From: Perna viridis
Lineage: Eukaryota
DNA: 64,000 nt
Direction of reading: 5' to 3'
Assembly: GCA_037379345.1 (NCBI GenBank)
Contig: CM074516.1
Coordinates: 19,282,001 to 19,346,000 of the forward strand
The position numbers were made by a program, and so were the translations under genes. Numbering within the stretch: position 1 is the stretch's first letter; each line of letters opens with the position of its first letter. Shown in pieces: positions 40,001-54,089 of the stretch. The notes beneath the pieces are model-generated. The model was not told the origin of the DNA, made no database searches, and saw only the letters and a program-made list of their open reading frames with translations.

Positions 40001-41707
40001 GTTGTAAACGGAGTGCGATGTGATACGGTAACCATTTCTCCCCTACTGTCTCTTTCGGAGTATTAGAGCCAATAGGCGCACTCTTTAAAGCTGTGGTCAG
40101 CATCGGACTACATTGTAGAAATAACCCTATCATCTGATGGGAGAAGTGGTAGGTGAAATGATGATTGAAGTATTTAACGACCTTCTTGGCCTTTTTGTTT
40201 TCTGTCTGTCTTTAGTGGGTGTCTAAAGTTTTAACGTCTTTGTCATGCATAAAAAGACTCATAAGTTCGTGTGGTCAAAAGAAAAGTTTTGGAAAACTTT
40301 ATGGCTAGATTTAAGACCAAACAACAAGTCAAGGGACTAAAACAGAGCAAGGAAATTCAACTTTCAAGAATTTTCTACGGCGACATTTGAACGCAGGTTT
40401 CATACGATGTACCATCATAACAACTGACGCTTTAAAAATATTCAGACATGTTAAGGCAGTTGATCAATCTTGCCTCATCACACGCTTAATGATTAACTTC
40501 CGGCATGAGTGACCGCATTGTACGTTTTTGTAAGGAGACACAAATCAGAGCTGATGAGTTTGAACAGGAATCGCTGGAATAGCGTTATTTGAACCGAAAC
40601 GGGCACGTTTTACATAAATCATATTGTATTTGACTATCGGAAAAAATAAATTTGTGTAGTTTATTAATGTCCAATTGATATTATCCAACAAAGATGTTCA
40701 ATAGAGCATCGCATAAACTTTTAACGAGCAATAACTTCAAACAAGTCGGGATTTTGCAGGTGCTCTATAAGTTAAGAGGTACTATTAAAATTCTATGGTA
40801 GATGCAAAATATAAATAAAAATAATTAATTATATAACATGACTAGATATCGGATATATTTTGTTTTATTTAAAAACTTGAAACGATGCGTATAATAAATC
40901 TGGATTCTTTATTGGAGTTGACGTGCGACAATTGACACCCGAAATAGAATATTTTATAGCAAAGAAAAGATCATTCCTGTGCGAATACGATGTTCTTGTA
41001 TATCGAATGGACCCACACAAAGATTTAATTTAATGACAAAATGATTTTTTTTCTGTCTGTTTAAATTGTGACGTTTGAGTAATAAAAAAGCCTCGAAATG
41101 TAAGAGTAGTCGTTTTACACTGCACAACCTAAAAACGGGCCACCCCGATCCCGACCACTCTGCCCTATAATTAGTAAGTAACGAAGATATTATTCTCCCA
41201 TTTAACACTCACTTTGTAACAAATTTTGTAGTTTCATAAGTTTTTAGTTCATCCTTTTCGACGAAAAGATGTATCGAATCAAGAATTATACCTTGGTCAA
41301 TCAGTTTGGATAAACGTCCTCTCCGACTACTATCAGTAATACATGTGTATTTAGACATGTTTTGCATATACATATGCATCCAATCGGTATAATTATATTT
41401 AGTCACTTTTCTTTTTGTTTTTTCTGACTTCGGAGTCATTTTTTTTTTACTATCTTTGTGAACATAACCAAAACTCGAGTCTCTACATACATGTATATGC
41501 TTAATTAGAGAGTGTCGTTAATTGGCAGATAGACAAGTAACACTTATCCATTTATTCGTTGATTTAACAACAAGGAGTTTGAAATAGAAGACTACACTCA
41601 GATTTGCATAAAAATAAAAATGAAATGACAATCACGGACTATGGTAAAGTGTACAACGGATCTTTGGTTGACCAGTATTTACTTCACAATAAGAGTAAAG
41701 TTATATC

Positions 41708-41758
41708 TTCATGGAAGAAAACATATATTTATATTCATGGAAGAAAAATATATGTTAT
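41708..41758. repeat. 26-bp tandem duplication
   Basis: TTCATGGAAGAAAA(C)ATATATKTTAT at 41708 and 41734. Confidence 0.85.
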
Positions 41759-44700
41759 GGAACTATAATATATGTCTTCTATGGGCAGGAATATCTAGAT
41801 ACATACTTCGTTAGCAGAATAGCAGACATTCGCGCAAACAGTTGGCCTAAACACTTGTGGCATTTAACATATTTAATATCCTGCTGCGGTTGTTCTGTCT
41901 CTTTGACATATATTCACCATATCCATTCTACTAACATTAGTATGTATAACACTACTTTTAGCTATAGAATGTGCTCTTTGACAGAAAATCTAGAACTGTA
42001 TTTCAAAATCATCTTTGGATCTTAGGTAAGTCAAGAACTGCAACTTCCAACACGCCTGCACGGCAATTGTGACAATCATGTGGTGGACAATATACAGTAT
42101 TGTATCACAAAGATCAAAGGCAAAAATAAATTTATATAATAATTGTTATTATAAAAATGTTCTTTATTGAAAATTGGTTCAACGCCGTATGTCAATGTTA
42201 CCTTTTGGTTTCTAAGCTATGTTTTCATCTTACATTGTTTTTGTTTTTCTGGCGAAATAACTTTAACACGATCCCAATCTTCTAGTTAGCCCAAAGATGA
42301 AAGATCAAGAAAATAATGAACGAAATCTCAAGGTGTATTGGGAATAGTGAATTCAATTTTCTGGCTTTTAATTTTCTTAATTAGTACTTTACGAACCTAG
42401 ATTACAGGTGTAAGGAACATGAAAATATGCAAATTAGAAGTAATTTGATTGACATTTGTTTTTGATATGAGAAAACTAGAAAGTAATATAGCTATTCCAC
42501 GGAAGTGTTGACATCTATTTCACAGAGAACTTCAAAGAACTGACTCTTGCGCTGCGACTCTTTATAATTGATTTTTTCTTCATTCTTATTTTAATATCAG
42601 AGATCGCAATTAATACAAAGACCTAATCTCTTGGAAACTTGAAGGGGAGGAGCTGTCCAACGGAATGAATGCAATTGTATTGTATCAAATATGCAAATGA
42701 TATCGGATAACAAGTGCGGCCACAACGACTAGGACAATGAGCCCAATTATACAATTGTTCAACCTGTGCGATTACTATACGACTTCGATGGTGCGCCATT
42801 GAAAGAGTAAGGAATACGGAGAAAATGCAGCGCATGGACCGACCACGAAATCCGTTTTCATGGTATTTTGACATTTCCTTTTCCCATAATGAATTTTATC
42901 ACTTCCTTCAAGATTAGAACAAAAACTCCGACCGAACAATACTCAAAATTCCTATGTTTAAAAATTCTACAAGAAATTATTGCTAAATTGCAACTGTGCG
43001 GAGAGCCAAAATTGTTGGTGAGAAAACGTGGAATTAAATGATCTTCCGGTTTAAGACCATTTTAATATCCGGTTATATCACTTCAAAAACTTCCGCTTCT
43101 TTGACTGCGCAAATTTTATTTAATACTTTCTTTAATTTTAGTAAAAAACACAACATCAATTTTGCAAAGACGAGATCAATTTCTTGCCTAACTTCAAGAA
43201 ACAAGTTAATCATTTCGAATGGATCGTTTAATTGTAATGACTGGCTCTGTCTTCGTCCCTAAGGAGTTCGAATTGGCCTGGCTATTAAAGCAGAAAAATT
43301 GATGTTTCAACAAAAAAATTCAACGGGTCATCTGTAGCGATAAACAATACTATCTGAAGATATCTCAGCAATTTAATGACATGTACACGGTCCAATTAAC
43401 AAGCACGTGCCGGGTGATGACACGCCTAATCGGGTATGATGTAACGACCTAATTAACGCAGCCATGCGTGACAATTGTCAGTTATTGGAATTAACGCATG
43501 TGTCATAAAGTATCAACATCGCATCTGATCACTGATCAATGAATATTGAATAGCATAAATAACTTTATAATTTTTATACAGACGTCTTCGTGGTCGTTAC
43601 TTCAGCAGACTGTTTCATCAATGATTTGTCTACGTTTCATTTATTAACAAATGCAACAAAACACAGATTTTACAAAAAAGGGACAAAGAACTGGGAAACA
43701 TGTCAAAAAGTTAACGATCACTTTCGCACCATTCAAATCATAATTATTGGTACTAGAGGACAGGACCGAGTTTCTTCCTCTTTTTTTCAAAATATGTACT
43801 TTTTTTTCTATTGATTTCGAATAAACATCATCGGTCTAATTTCTGTTACAAGACATAATATGAACTATAAATAATATTTCTTTTTCAAGATTCAAGATTC
43901 TTTATTTAACTGCTAGCTTACTAGCAACTGCGAATATTTTAAGTATCCGCGTTACATTGGATAGCAAATGCTATTTTTGATTTGTTTATGTTCATTGTTA
44001 TGCTAGTTTATGTTGGTTTTTAGCTGGACTACAACATCTTAATTAAAATTATGAGACATGGCAATTCAATTATTTTTAAAGCAAACTAATGTTAGCTTGC
44101 ATTGCATAATACATTTAGAAATATAATACATGTACATGAAATTCAGACTTCAAATCTCGCTTTTTACAGCTGTATATTTATTCAACAATATGTTATTTAT
44201 ACTTTGTTTTGGATATTTCTATAAAATGTAGATCTTTTAAGACAAATTTTTTTTCTTCATACAAATACACCGTAACTTGTACTTTTGTATTCAATACATG
44301 TACATTTTTTGCCAATTTTCAACGTTACATGCTTTGCCTAAATGACAAAAAAAAATCAAAAACGTCCCAGATTTTGACTTTAGCGGAACCAAAAGTAAGC
44401 CACTTAATTTAGTTTGAAGGCAATTAACATGATTGGTATATAGTGTCGGTAATTATACTCAGTACTTTATACCAATCATGTGAAAACCGCGAATACATAA
44501 TATTAACATCGTTGAACCCAGTGCCACTCAACTAGTTAGAACAGGAGAGATTAAATTGGAAAATAGGACATAATGGTGTTTCGATCAGAGGGGCATTCAG
44601 TGTCATTTCTATCAGAAAACTCTTATTCCCGAAGCCAATACCAGACATCATTTCAAAACAGTTGTCAGAAATAGTCGATTGACGGACAAAAAAAAAAGAC

Positions 44701-45532
44701 ACACACGAAGAATGAAAGTAGGCATATTCCGATTTAGAAACTTATTTTCGAACGGCATAGACACAATAAATGCTACAAAGGCATGCTTATACATGTACCA
44801 GCTATTTCGTTAGTCTGAGAACATACTTTTCCTCAATTTATTCATGCCGAGTACCCATGTCGTTTACACTACACCTGTAAAACTTCAGTATGACCGTTAT
44901 GATGTTGCGTTAAGTGAGCTGTACAGACTGGGAACAAACAAACATCGTACCTCACGATAAATGGAACCGTCCAAATATAAAATACAACAGATATACGTCC
45001 GAAGTTTCGAAGCGTTATTGGAAATTTAAACAAGGAATGTCAAACTCTACTCTGTACTAGTATTATAGTGAGCTTTTGTTTTACTATTGCAGTTAATGTT
45101 AGGAGGATAACCACGTCATTGTCCGAAGAAAATTTCGACGAATTTCAAATTACTAAGCAAGTGCGCTTAACATTCGTATTTCCATCACTTACGAATGCAC
45201 CGAGATTTACCTATCCGGCGCACCAGTTAAAGCTCCGAGTTGAGTCCTACCGGTGCAACTCACCAATGTTCAGAGATTTTGATGGAATCTGGGCGGTTAT
45301 TAAAATTTTACTTTTAGTTTCCTGCGCTTATATTTTGTTTTGTTTCTTTTTTTATTGTTTTGTCATTTTCCTGTACTTTTGAAGGTAACTAATACTGCTA
45401 TTGTTTTAAGCCAATTTTATTTTGTGCTAAACAAGGACAACCTGCGACACAAGTACAAATCATATGTTTAACTGTGTTCTCCAATTTACATGTACGTAAT
45501 AATAACTTGGGTTTTTTAAGTATCTGTCTTTG

Positions 45533-45901
45533 TAAGAATCATGAAAAGTCTGAAAAATGTGATACACCTAAACAAGGCTACATATTTTTATTTTTGTGAT
45601 TAAGTTGTTTTATGGGTCTATACTATGAAATGTGTAATTATTCATTCAAATCTGCCTGCTCTTAGGAGATAATCGACATTGAAAATACAATAGATTCTAT
45701 TGTATTTGAGCGCCATTTACAGAGTTATCTCCCTTAATTTTGAAATCTACAGTGCATTCTATATAATTTTTATCTCCTAGGAGCACGGGTTATATGAAAA
45801 ACCACATGTTTATTTCTGTTTACTATGACATTTCAAACTAAATATCAAAAATAAAAATATGTAGGCTTTTTACCCATGAATCACATTTTGCATGATCCTT
45901 A
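45533..45901. mobile_element. MITE with long imperfect inverted repeats
   Basis: Left TAAGAATCATG..AAAATGTGAT..GCTTACATATTTTTATTTTTG mirrors right CAAAAATAAAAATATGTAGGC..ATCACATTTTGCATGATCCTTA. Inner inverted pair TGCTCTTAGGAGATAA / TTATCTCCTAGGAGCA and a perfect 12-bp hairpin AAATACAATAGA-T-TCTATTGTATTT. Confidence 0.8.
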
Positions 45902-48150
45902 TCTGGAGTGCTACTTAAATATAAAATGAAAATGAATAGAAAAGGAAGAAGACTGATACTAACAATAAAATAGTATTCCTATTGCGGTTTCCCATGACTT
46001 CACCTTCAATGTTTCGTTATAGAAACTTGGAATAAATCTAACTAGCTATTTCAGTGACAGATTGCGTGTTCAACTTAAAAACTTAGTGTCACGTTTAAGC
46101 ATCTTGGTAGAGAAAATACCTACTTAGAAAGTAAACAGTTTGGAAGATATTTATGGAAGTATGTAGTTGAATGCGGTTTCTTGATAAATATTTGTCTGGT
46201 CACATTGTAAAGTAAAGCTGTTGTTGTGGTGAAAGTGTTCATTTGTAATAATAATAATCTGGGTAATTATATAAAGTGTTCATTTCATCCCGTCAAAGTA
46301 ACAAATGAGTGAATTAAGAAGCGTCCTTGCTGAAGTGATTTACTGCATTTCCTTAAGTTATATAACAAATTGTGGGAGATTTGTACTATTTCAAGATTAA
46401 CGTGACCTGAAATGTGAAGAAAATTTTAGTTTTTCAAGAAAGGAATATGTCACGTGTATTTTCTAAATAATTTTTCTTTCAAACCATGCGGTTTTAATGG
46501 TTTCAATTTATCTATTTCATATTGTTCTTGTACATTTTGAAAAATGCTGAGTATTTACTTTTTAAAATGTTACGTGTAACTGTGACTGGCACAACATGGG
46601 ATCAAATAATGACCATATGCTATAAGTGGCATACAGTGGAAATAACAAAATTAATCCAAAATAAAGAATGTCACAAGATTCATCTAAGTCATTAAACAAT
46701 GTAGCTAGTTGCATATACTGCACAGGGCGAATAGAAGCCGTGAACTTGGTCTAGTAAAGAGTGCAATCTTTATAGAGTTGCACTGAAAGGATGCAGTAAG
46801 CCATAACGATGACTCGCATCAAGGTTCATTGTAACATACCGATGATAGAAATTGCATGCTAACATGAAGCCTATGACGTAGTGATTCTTAACATGATTCT
46901 TAACCAGTCTCTTGCCCAGAGACTATATTCGCAATTTCCAAGCTTTAACATTACTGCTACACTCCGCGATGACCCCCATTCCTTTACACATATTAGTACA
47001 ATGTAAACAGCTTCGCGACCCCGCTATAGAGTAATGCTCATGCCCTGTGACTTTATCACATCCTCAATAGCAAAGCAAAGAAACTAGCAGAGTGATACGT
47101 AATCATTCCGGAAGCGGTAAAAGGTGTGTGGAGGAAATCTTTTAGTTCGTACTGAAAAAGGAAGTAAGAATCAATGAAATGACCAAAATTTCAATACGTA
47201 CGAGAATTTGAAAGGCCACAATCATGAAGGGGCGTGACCTTACTCGCCTGGAACTTATGATAGAGTGAATGCCTAAACTACAGATACATATATGCGTCTG
47301 GGAAAAGAAACTACTACTAGTTTAAAATAAGATATTACATCATACAAAATATAATATCCAATAAAACACCGCGGGAAAACATACAGAATAAAGTAACAAG
47401 GTACTAGGTAAGTACAGACAAGCAAAGTAAAAGTATACACGTGCAACGCAACAAAATAACACTATTTCATTATATAACAAAGTATAGTTGCAATGAGAAC
47501 GTGCCAACCAATATTTATGTTTGCTAGGATGCGTTACATAATCAAAGTCCATATGCATTCATATCGTCACTTGACCTGTTTTTCTTTTAAATTATTCAAC
47601 AAACAAACTCGTGCATGCAGTTAACTCTTTCCGGTGGCCTTGTCCCAGTTTGATAAGAGTTTCCACATGATTTTTAGGAAGGGGTAGTACGAAAAAAGCA
47701 AAAGAAGAGTGTTTGGTTTTAATAAAATACGGGTTATAAACAGTGAGACAAAAAAGGCTGGATGGAAATAAACAAAAAAAGTAAGGATAAGTTTTGTTTT
47801 TTTTCTCTCAAAAATCTAAGACCGAATATAGCGACAAATAAAAGGCGGTTTAGACAGGTTATTGACACTAAAAGACTACTAACATTTCATCCTGGTCATG
47901 AGATAGTAGCTTCATAGAGCTAAATATGAAGGGTTGTTCAAAACTGTCAATTATTCTTTTTATAGCTACTCATGAGGTCGTTCTTCAAATCCATTGCAAT
48001 TTTGTGTGTGCGACAAGGATTTAAGCATTTCAGATAACATGAGACGCAAAAGAAAACTCTTTCAAGAAAACAAAGAATGTGGTTTGACTGAATCCTTAAG
48101 CCAGAGATAAACACAAATAATACAGTGAAATATATCTAAGCATCATTCTT

Positions 48151-48302
48151 TGTAAGAATCAGGCAGTATGTGGAATATAGTATTAAATAACTAATCACTT
48201 TGACAGTGCAACGTGCTATTTTTAGTTTCAGAATAAAGGAATGAAAACATTTTTCCTATTTTTGTGAAATGCACTGGAAATATCTTGGACAGATAGCTTT
48301 GT
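48151..48302. mobile_element. Left half of the MITE family at 61123-61487
   Basis: TGTAAGAATCAGGCAGT...TCAGAATAAAGGAA...TGAAATGCACTG...CAGATAGCTTTGT aligns with 61123-61310. Confidence 0.7.
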
Positions 48303-48797
48303 ATATAAACTTAATATATGGCACGGGTAGTTGATAAAGTGTTGCAGAGACGGGGCGCAAAGCAGCCATCTTTGATGACTTCAATCAAAGATTTATGACT
48401 ACGTATATGTATTTCAACGTCTATAAATAGATGTAGCTTCGTCATAGGTGAGCTCAAAGATTTAGTGACACACCTAAAGCCGACACCCTTGACTAAATGT
48501 TCACTACCATGAAATAGGTAATTCACCTGTATTTTGTTAATTAATTCATCTATTTACTTCATTAATTTCCGCATTGTCAAACTTGAAGATTGCCCTTCAC
48601 GTCAACATAAAACATATTAATTGAAATTTTTGACAGACAGCCGGAGACAGCAAATTTGAAATAGTGTTGTTTCTTACACGTCGCGCTAGGATTCTGTCAT
48701 TAAAAAAGTTCCAGTGCCAACACAGTGTCATAGCAGTTGTTTCATTGTATACTTATATGTAATCGCACAAATGTTTGTACATGGGATACGTATGAAC

Positions 48798-49417
48798 TTT
48801 TTAGCTCACCTGGCCTAAGGCCAAGTGAGCTATTGCCATCACTTGGCGTCCGTCGTCGTCGTCGTCCGTCGTCGTCGTCGTCGTTAATATCGAGTTATTG
48901 TCCTTTTTCAACTATTGTTGCTATTTTTTTCTTTCAAAAATCTTCTCTGACACTACTTGACCAATTGGAACCAAACTTGCTATGAATGCTTCTTGTGATA
49001 TCCTGCATAAAACTGATATGGGGATATTTGATCCATAAAAAAAACATGTCCCCACTACTAAAAATAGAACATAGGGGTCAGACAGTAGTTTTTCGCATAT
49101 ATCGTTAGGTTTAGCCAAACTCTTTCAATCGCTGAAATGATCCTTATTATAAGGCCTTCAAAGGTCTTCAGGGATCAAAGCTGTCAGGCGACTCCTTGTA
49201 AGAGTTATTGCCTTGAAAGGTGAATTTTTTTACAGTTTTCAGCCAATATCTTGAAACCTATAATAGTTAGAAAGATACTTTCAATTGCTGAAATGATCCT
49301 TATGATAAGTCCTACCAAAGTCTTCTTGAGTCAAAATTGTTGGACATCTCCTTGTTAAATTTATTACCCTTGAAAGACAAACGTTAACTAGGTGAGCAAT
49401 TCTTGGAACCTCTTATT
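48798..49417 (+). mobile_element. Helentron-associated non-autonomous element (HINE / DINE-1 / CvA-pearl-like)
   Basis: T-run start; 5' subTIR AGCTCACCT with a nearby inverted copy GTGAGCT; (GTC)n microsatellite at 48848-48884; two internal repeats with ~156-bp period (49122, 49278); 3' subTIR AGGTGAGC at 49390-49397; ends in CTCTTATTTT. Confidence 0.8.
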
Positions 49418-50239
49418 TTATACCATGCTCGACGGGAATCGATGTGAACCCAATACCCGTGTCTTGATGACATTAATTGAACACATAAACATTTTTTAAA
49501 AATTCAGCACAATTCAGAGAGCTACTAACTTCGGCTGAAAGTTTGATTGCCCTGCATGTCGCTACTGCCATTGAAAAGTTACAATTTTTATCTCATTTCT
49601 TAAACTGGAATACGATGGTATATAAGTACATTAAAACATATAAAAAGGCTAGGTTTTGTTTTTGACAAACAACATATGTGAGTATCTTCAAAATTTCAAT
49701 TTCAGTTTTTTATCTTATTTGTTGAGTTTTGTTTTGCCCAATGCCATTATGCTTTGTCAAACTTTAAATAAACGTTTTTACTCAGTGTGGCAGTAGTTCA
49801 AGTCAGTATTCCGACTTGCATCTTCGACCCCGTAAATGGGAGGAAGAATCACTGAATTCGGTAAAGGTAAACTCGGTGCGATGAAGGTGTCAGTATTGTC
49901 AGGACAAATTCTGTCAGCTGTCATCTGTATACGTTATATGTGAAGGAAATGTGATGTCAAGGGCATACAAGGAAGATGAGGAATTTTTTTCAGTGACACA
50001 TGAAGTAGTTACCCAATGCACTTACATTTTTTCAAAGTAATTAGTCCATTAAAACATTTAAAAAAGTTGGTTCCCGTCAATATTGGAGGCTACTTAAAAA
50101 CCAGAAGTTGCATTTGCTCAATGGAACAGGCATTGCTTTTCACTAGACCAGCACACTAAGTATATATTTAATATAAGCTGACTGGCAGAAGTATTACACA
50201 GGAAGGTGTGTTGCCAAACCAAATTAAGTAATTTATAAT

Positions 50240-50358
50240 ATGGGGTGTTCATATTTACCCATATTTGCACACTTTTTCACAAAATTAACAAAATTTTCAA
50301 AAACAAATTTGGAGCCTCGAACCCCAGAATCCCATCCCTCTTTCTGGATGCGCTAATG
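50240..50358. mobile_element. Partial GGCGGATCC-type MITE
   Basis: Right terminus TCTGGATGCGCTAATG preceded by a C-rich arm and TTAACAAAATTTTC, the reverse complement of part of 56300-56315. Confidence 0.4.
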
Positions 50359-52914
50359 TATGATTTACGACTCAGTATAATCGTGATATCCTCAGCTATT
50401 TCTTGCATGTAAGGTTACGTTTTGTTTCTGTAGTACTGCGTAAAATTGTTCCGAGTTTTCTCGAAAGCTGCGCTGGGGACGTATCTACGCAGAAAGTGCA
50501 TGATAAGAAAATGAAGTGCGCAAGAAATATACATAAATTCAAAAATCTATCTTTAATTTTTGTAAATCACATACAGTTTCCGCGTAACCTTGTTCAGACC
50601 GGATAAGGTCCGGTTTCAAAATTTCCGAATTATACAGTTAACCAATGTCATATTGTATACATGAGAGTCAGGTGATGTGGTTATATATACATGTATGGCA
50701 GAAGAACCTCCAAATTTCAAATTCATTCGGATTATAAAAAATGAGGTCACAAAATCTATGTAAAATATCGTTAACATGCACTTTAAAAGTTCCTTTAACC
50801 GCATACTTTGAAAAGAATAATCGATGCTATTGAGATTTGATATGATTTTGCGAATCTTGCAGCGAGTGAAAATAGCCCGATTCAAACGCACTAGGAAGGT
50901 GTAGTCTGACGTGAAATGACAATTTCTTATCAATTTTAGTAGCTTGAAAGCGACATTTAATAACCTTCAAAAATCATGAATGAAGGTATTAATTAATTTG
51001 AAGTTGTGTTTTCAAATTGACACACATCCTATTTCATGCATCTTATTTCAATTAAACGTCACAATTACTGAACAAGACGAGAGATATCTCTGATACAGAC
51101 CTTTAAAGTAAATAATGAACACAAGTGGAGGCGGACTTCGAGATGCGAGTCCCCACATTAAAATTATCGTTTACTAAATTAAGCGTACGCTAAGTAAATA
51201 CGATATATTTCATCAAATTTTGAAAGCATTTAATTGCTACTAGGGAATTATGAGTGGACTATCTGCATATTCGATATTATCTGCAGTTCTGTCTATGTTT
51301 GTTATTGCAACTGGATTTTCCAGGATTCCCATAATAAAATGGGATTTTTATATGTTAGCAGTGGCGATTTATGACCCCCAGATAATCAGTCCGGAGTGAA
51401 ACTGAAATTTACCATCTGCAGGTAAATTTGTCTGAAATAATCGAGCACACCCTTTTAAACGAAAATAAGGAATACATATTATTTTCAAATCTTAACTCTT
51501 ATACTAGAATCCAAATTACTGTTGCATATTTTCTAAAACGATCAAGCCAAACCAATGAGACTATTTTAAGGATACGAGGGTATAATGTTTTTGTAAACGA
51601 CAAGACATAAGCTTGACTGACTTTTGCAAGGAATTCGTGTTCGCAGAGTCAGGGAAAGGCTATTGTTGGAAGGATTAGAGATGATGGCCTCGTGATACTG
51701 AAAAGAACAATCTGTACCATAACGCATGACTAGATGTAGATGGTAACGCTGATAGAAATGCCAATCGACTCTACTAAAACCCCTGAGGTAATTACAAACC
51801 CTAGCTATCAGCCTTATCTTCCCAAAACGTCATAACAATGATTGAAATGGCTGTCGACTAATTTCTTAACCAATGGTCTCATTGCTTAGGATAATGGTTC
51901 TTCCTGCACGAGATCTCGTTTTAATCCACCCTATTACCATATATTGATCGTTCTGAACAACGGTGGGATACAGCAACGGACATATTGGCGTTTATATATT
52001 TGAGGGTGAAATCGAGCAAAAATATACTGCTGAAACAATACTGCCTTTTACTGGTGTAGATTATGTTTGTCATTTTAAGTAATCTGATTTTAATGGGTTC
52101 GTTCCAGTTTTCTAAACGGTTTTCATATCTGGTAGTTGGTAGGATTACTTATATTGTCTCTACTACGTAATCTGTAATGGGTTTCAAAGCTACATCGTTA
52201 ACTCATTTCTAATTATGGCAGTGAACTTTTGAAAATATTGAAAGATTTCTGGTCAGTCGTAAATTGGTTTGACATGTGACATAAAAATAGGGAATAAAGA
52301 ACAAAATTATCGTTACATGTAGAGTCTTTGGACTGCTTGTTGAATCGACCGGATTTATAAAAGCGTTTAAAAATTGGACCTCCGTTGAACTGAAATGAGA
52401 ACCTAGGAACTTTTGGTTAACAAAATAAGATTTACTTAAATATAAACACTGAATAATCGAAGAACAATTACTTGGAACACTTGTAATATACACAGTCCAA
52501 TTCTATGGATGCTCTCATTAAATCTGTCTATTCTTATTTGGAAAGTAAATGCTGTTTGGAATTTTAAAAGTGAAATAAAAAGAATCTGTATAGGAGACTA
52601 TAAAATTCATTGAAAATACTTGTATCATAGGCGAAGTCATATAGTTATGCAACCTTTTCACTTTTTGTAATTGTATGCCACTCTTAGGTTTCATGACAAA
52701 GTTATTTTTGATATAACTGTTAGATATCATGATTGATTAAAACGCATATTACTACATGATGGTATTAGAGTAGACTATATTGAAGACAGTTGTGTAATTT
52801 CTTCGTTCAGATCGACATGAGAAGGAACTTAAACCAAATGCTGAATGTCTGCCTAAGTGTATGTCTCTACATGGACTGTAAAACAGACATTTCTTATCAA
52901 ACCACAGTTTAAAA

Positions 52915-53600
52915 AAAAATATCAAACGATACAAAAAAATCGCACTCACCATGAAACGACGTAAAGCAAAATCTGACATCCTGGATCGATTCAGCACAAA
53001 ATCAACCACAAGGGAACAAAGCATAGCAAAAGTATAGACTATGGAAGGATACAATCAAAAAGACAGACCATCAAATGACACGAAGAAAAATCGATACAAA
53101 CTAAACGCACACACCTGGTACTAAACCAAGCAAAATAAAAGATCATGGGAAGATACAAAGAGAAACAAAATCTTTAAAACGATATACTTTATAGGACAAA
53201 CCATGGAACGGTACAAAGAAAACATAAACTCCGAAGAATAAAACAAACAACATAGCGATACACAGCAAACCACAAATTAAGCAACATTGCGAAAGAAAGG
53301 AACAAAGAGACAAAAACTTAATAATGACACATTAGCACAAATAATGAACCAAAAGCACAAACCAAGAAACAAAACTAAACCACCAAACCACTACACGAAT
53401 CAATAACATACTCCAAACAATGAAACCAATTAAAAGCACGGAACTCGCAAAGAATGACGTAAAGCACAAATCATTCAGCCACCAGGGTAAAGAAATAACT
53501 ATCACCGGAGGTCAGAAACCAAACAATAGCACAAATACAACCATACACCCCCCCCCAAAAAAAGGAAATTTAACTAAAGCACACACACATATGTGCAATC
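52915..53600. repeat. Strand-skewed (A/C-rich, T-poor) degenerate tandem array
   Basis: About 12 imperfect units of CCATGRAACGATACAAAGCACAAA-like sequence. Confidence 0.5.
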
Positions 53601-53974
53601 TCTGATATTAGTGGTTGCAAACATCCAACGAACCAACACACCATAAACATCGTAAAAACAGTGCTTCATCATCTGTTGTTGTCTACAAGTAAGGCACTTT
53701 TCAACTTAATGGTTATGATTTTTATGATTTATTGTCTTTAGCCTAAGTATGAATGATATACTTTCGGGTCCGCTCTGTCATTTTGAGAATTTGTCCTATA
53801 CATAGTTGTTATATTTCATATTTGTCATGTTATATTACAAACTTTTACAAGTTAAGTGATCTAATTTGAAGAAAGTTGAGAAACCGAACACCAAAAGAAG
53901 TTTATTGTGGTTTTTTTTTTGTGTTTTTATTGTGGTGTCTGTGAGTTTTAAATAATTTTGTTTTGTGTGCTCTT

Positions 53975-54089
53975 AAGTGGCGGATCTAGACTTTCAGAAA
54001 AGGGGGACTGACTGGCCAAAGGGATCGGTTCCAGAGATTTCCTGTTTTCGTCACAAATTTCCGAGCTCCACCTCTTACATCCGCTTATG
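53975..54089. mobile_element. MITE family B, copy 2
   Basis: AAGTGGCGGATCTAGA ... ATCCGCTTATG; interior homologous to 22393-22523. Confidence 0.7.

Noticed and set aside
51659-51733. Peptide AIVGRIRDDGLVILK resembling the Penelope RT motif GLYRDDGL
   Set aside because: The open frame is only about 38 codons and flanking RT motifs are absent or wrongly spaced, so it is probably chance. A tBLASTn hit would reopen it.
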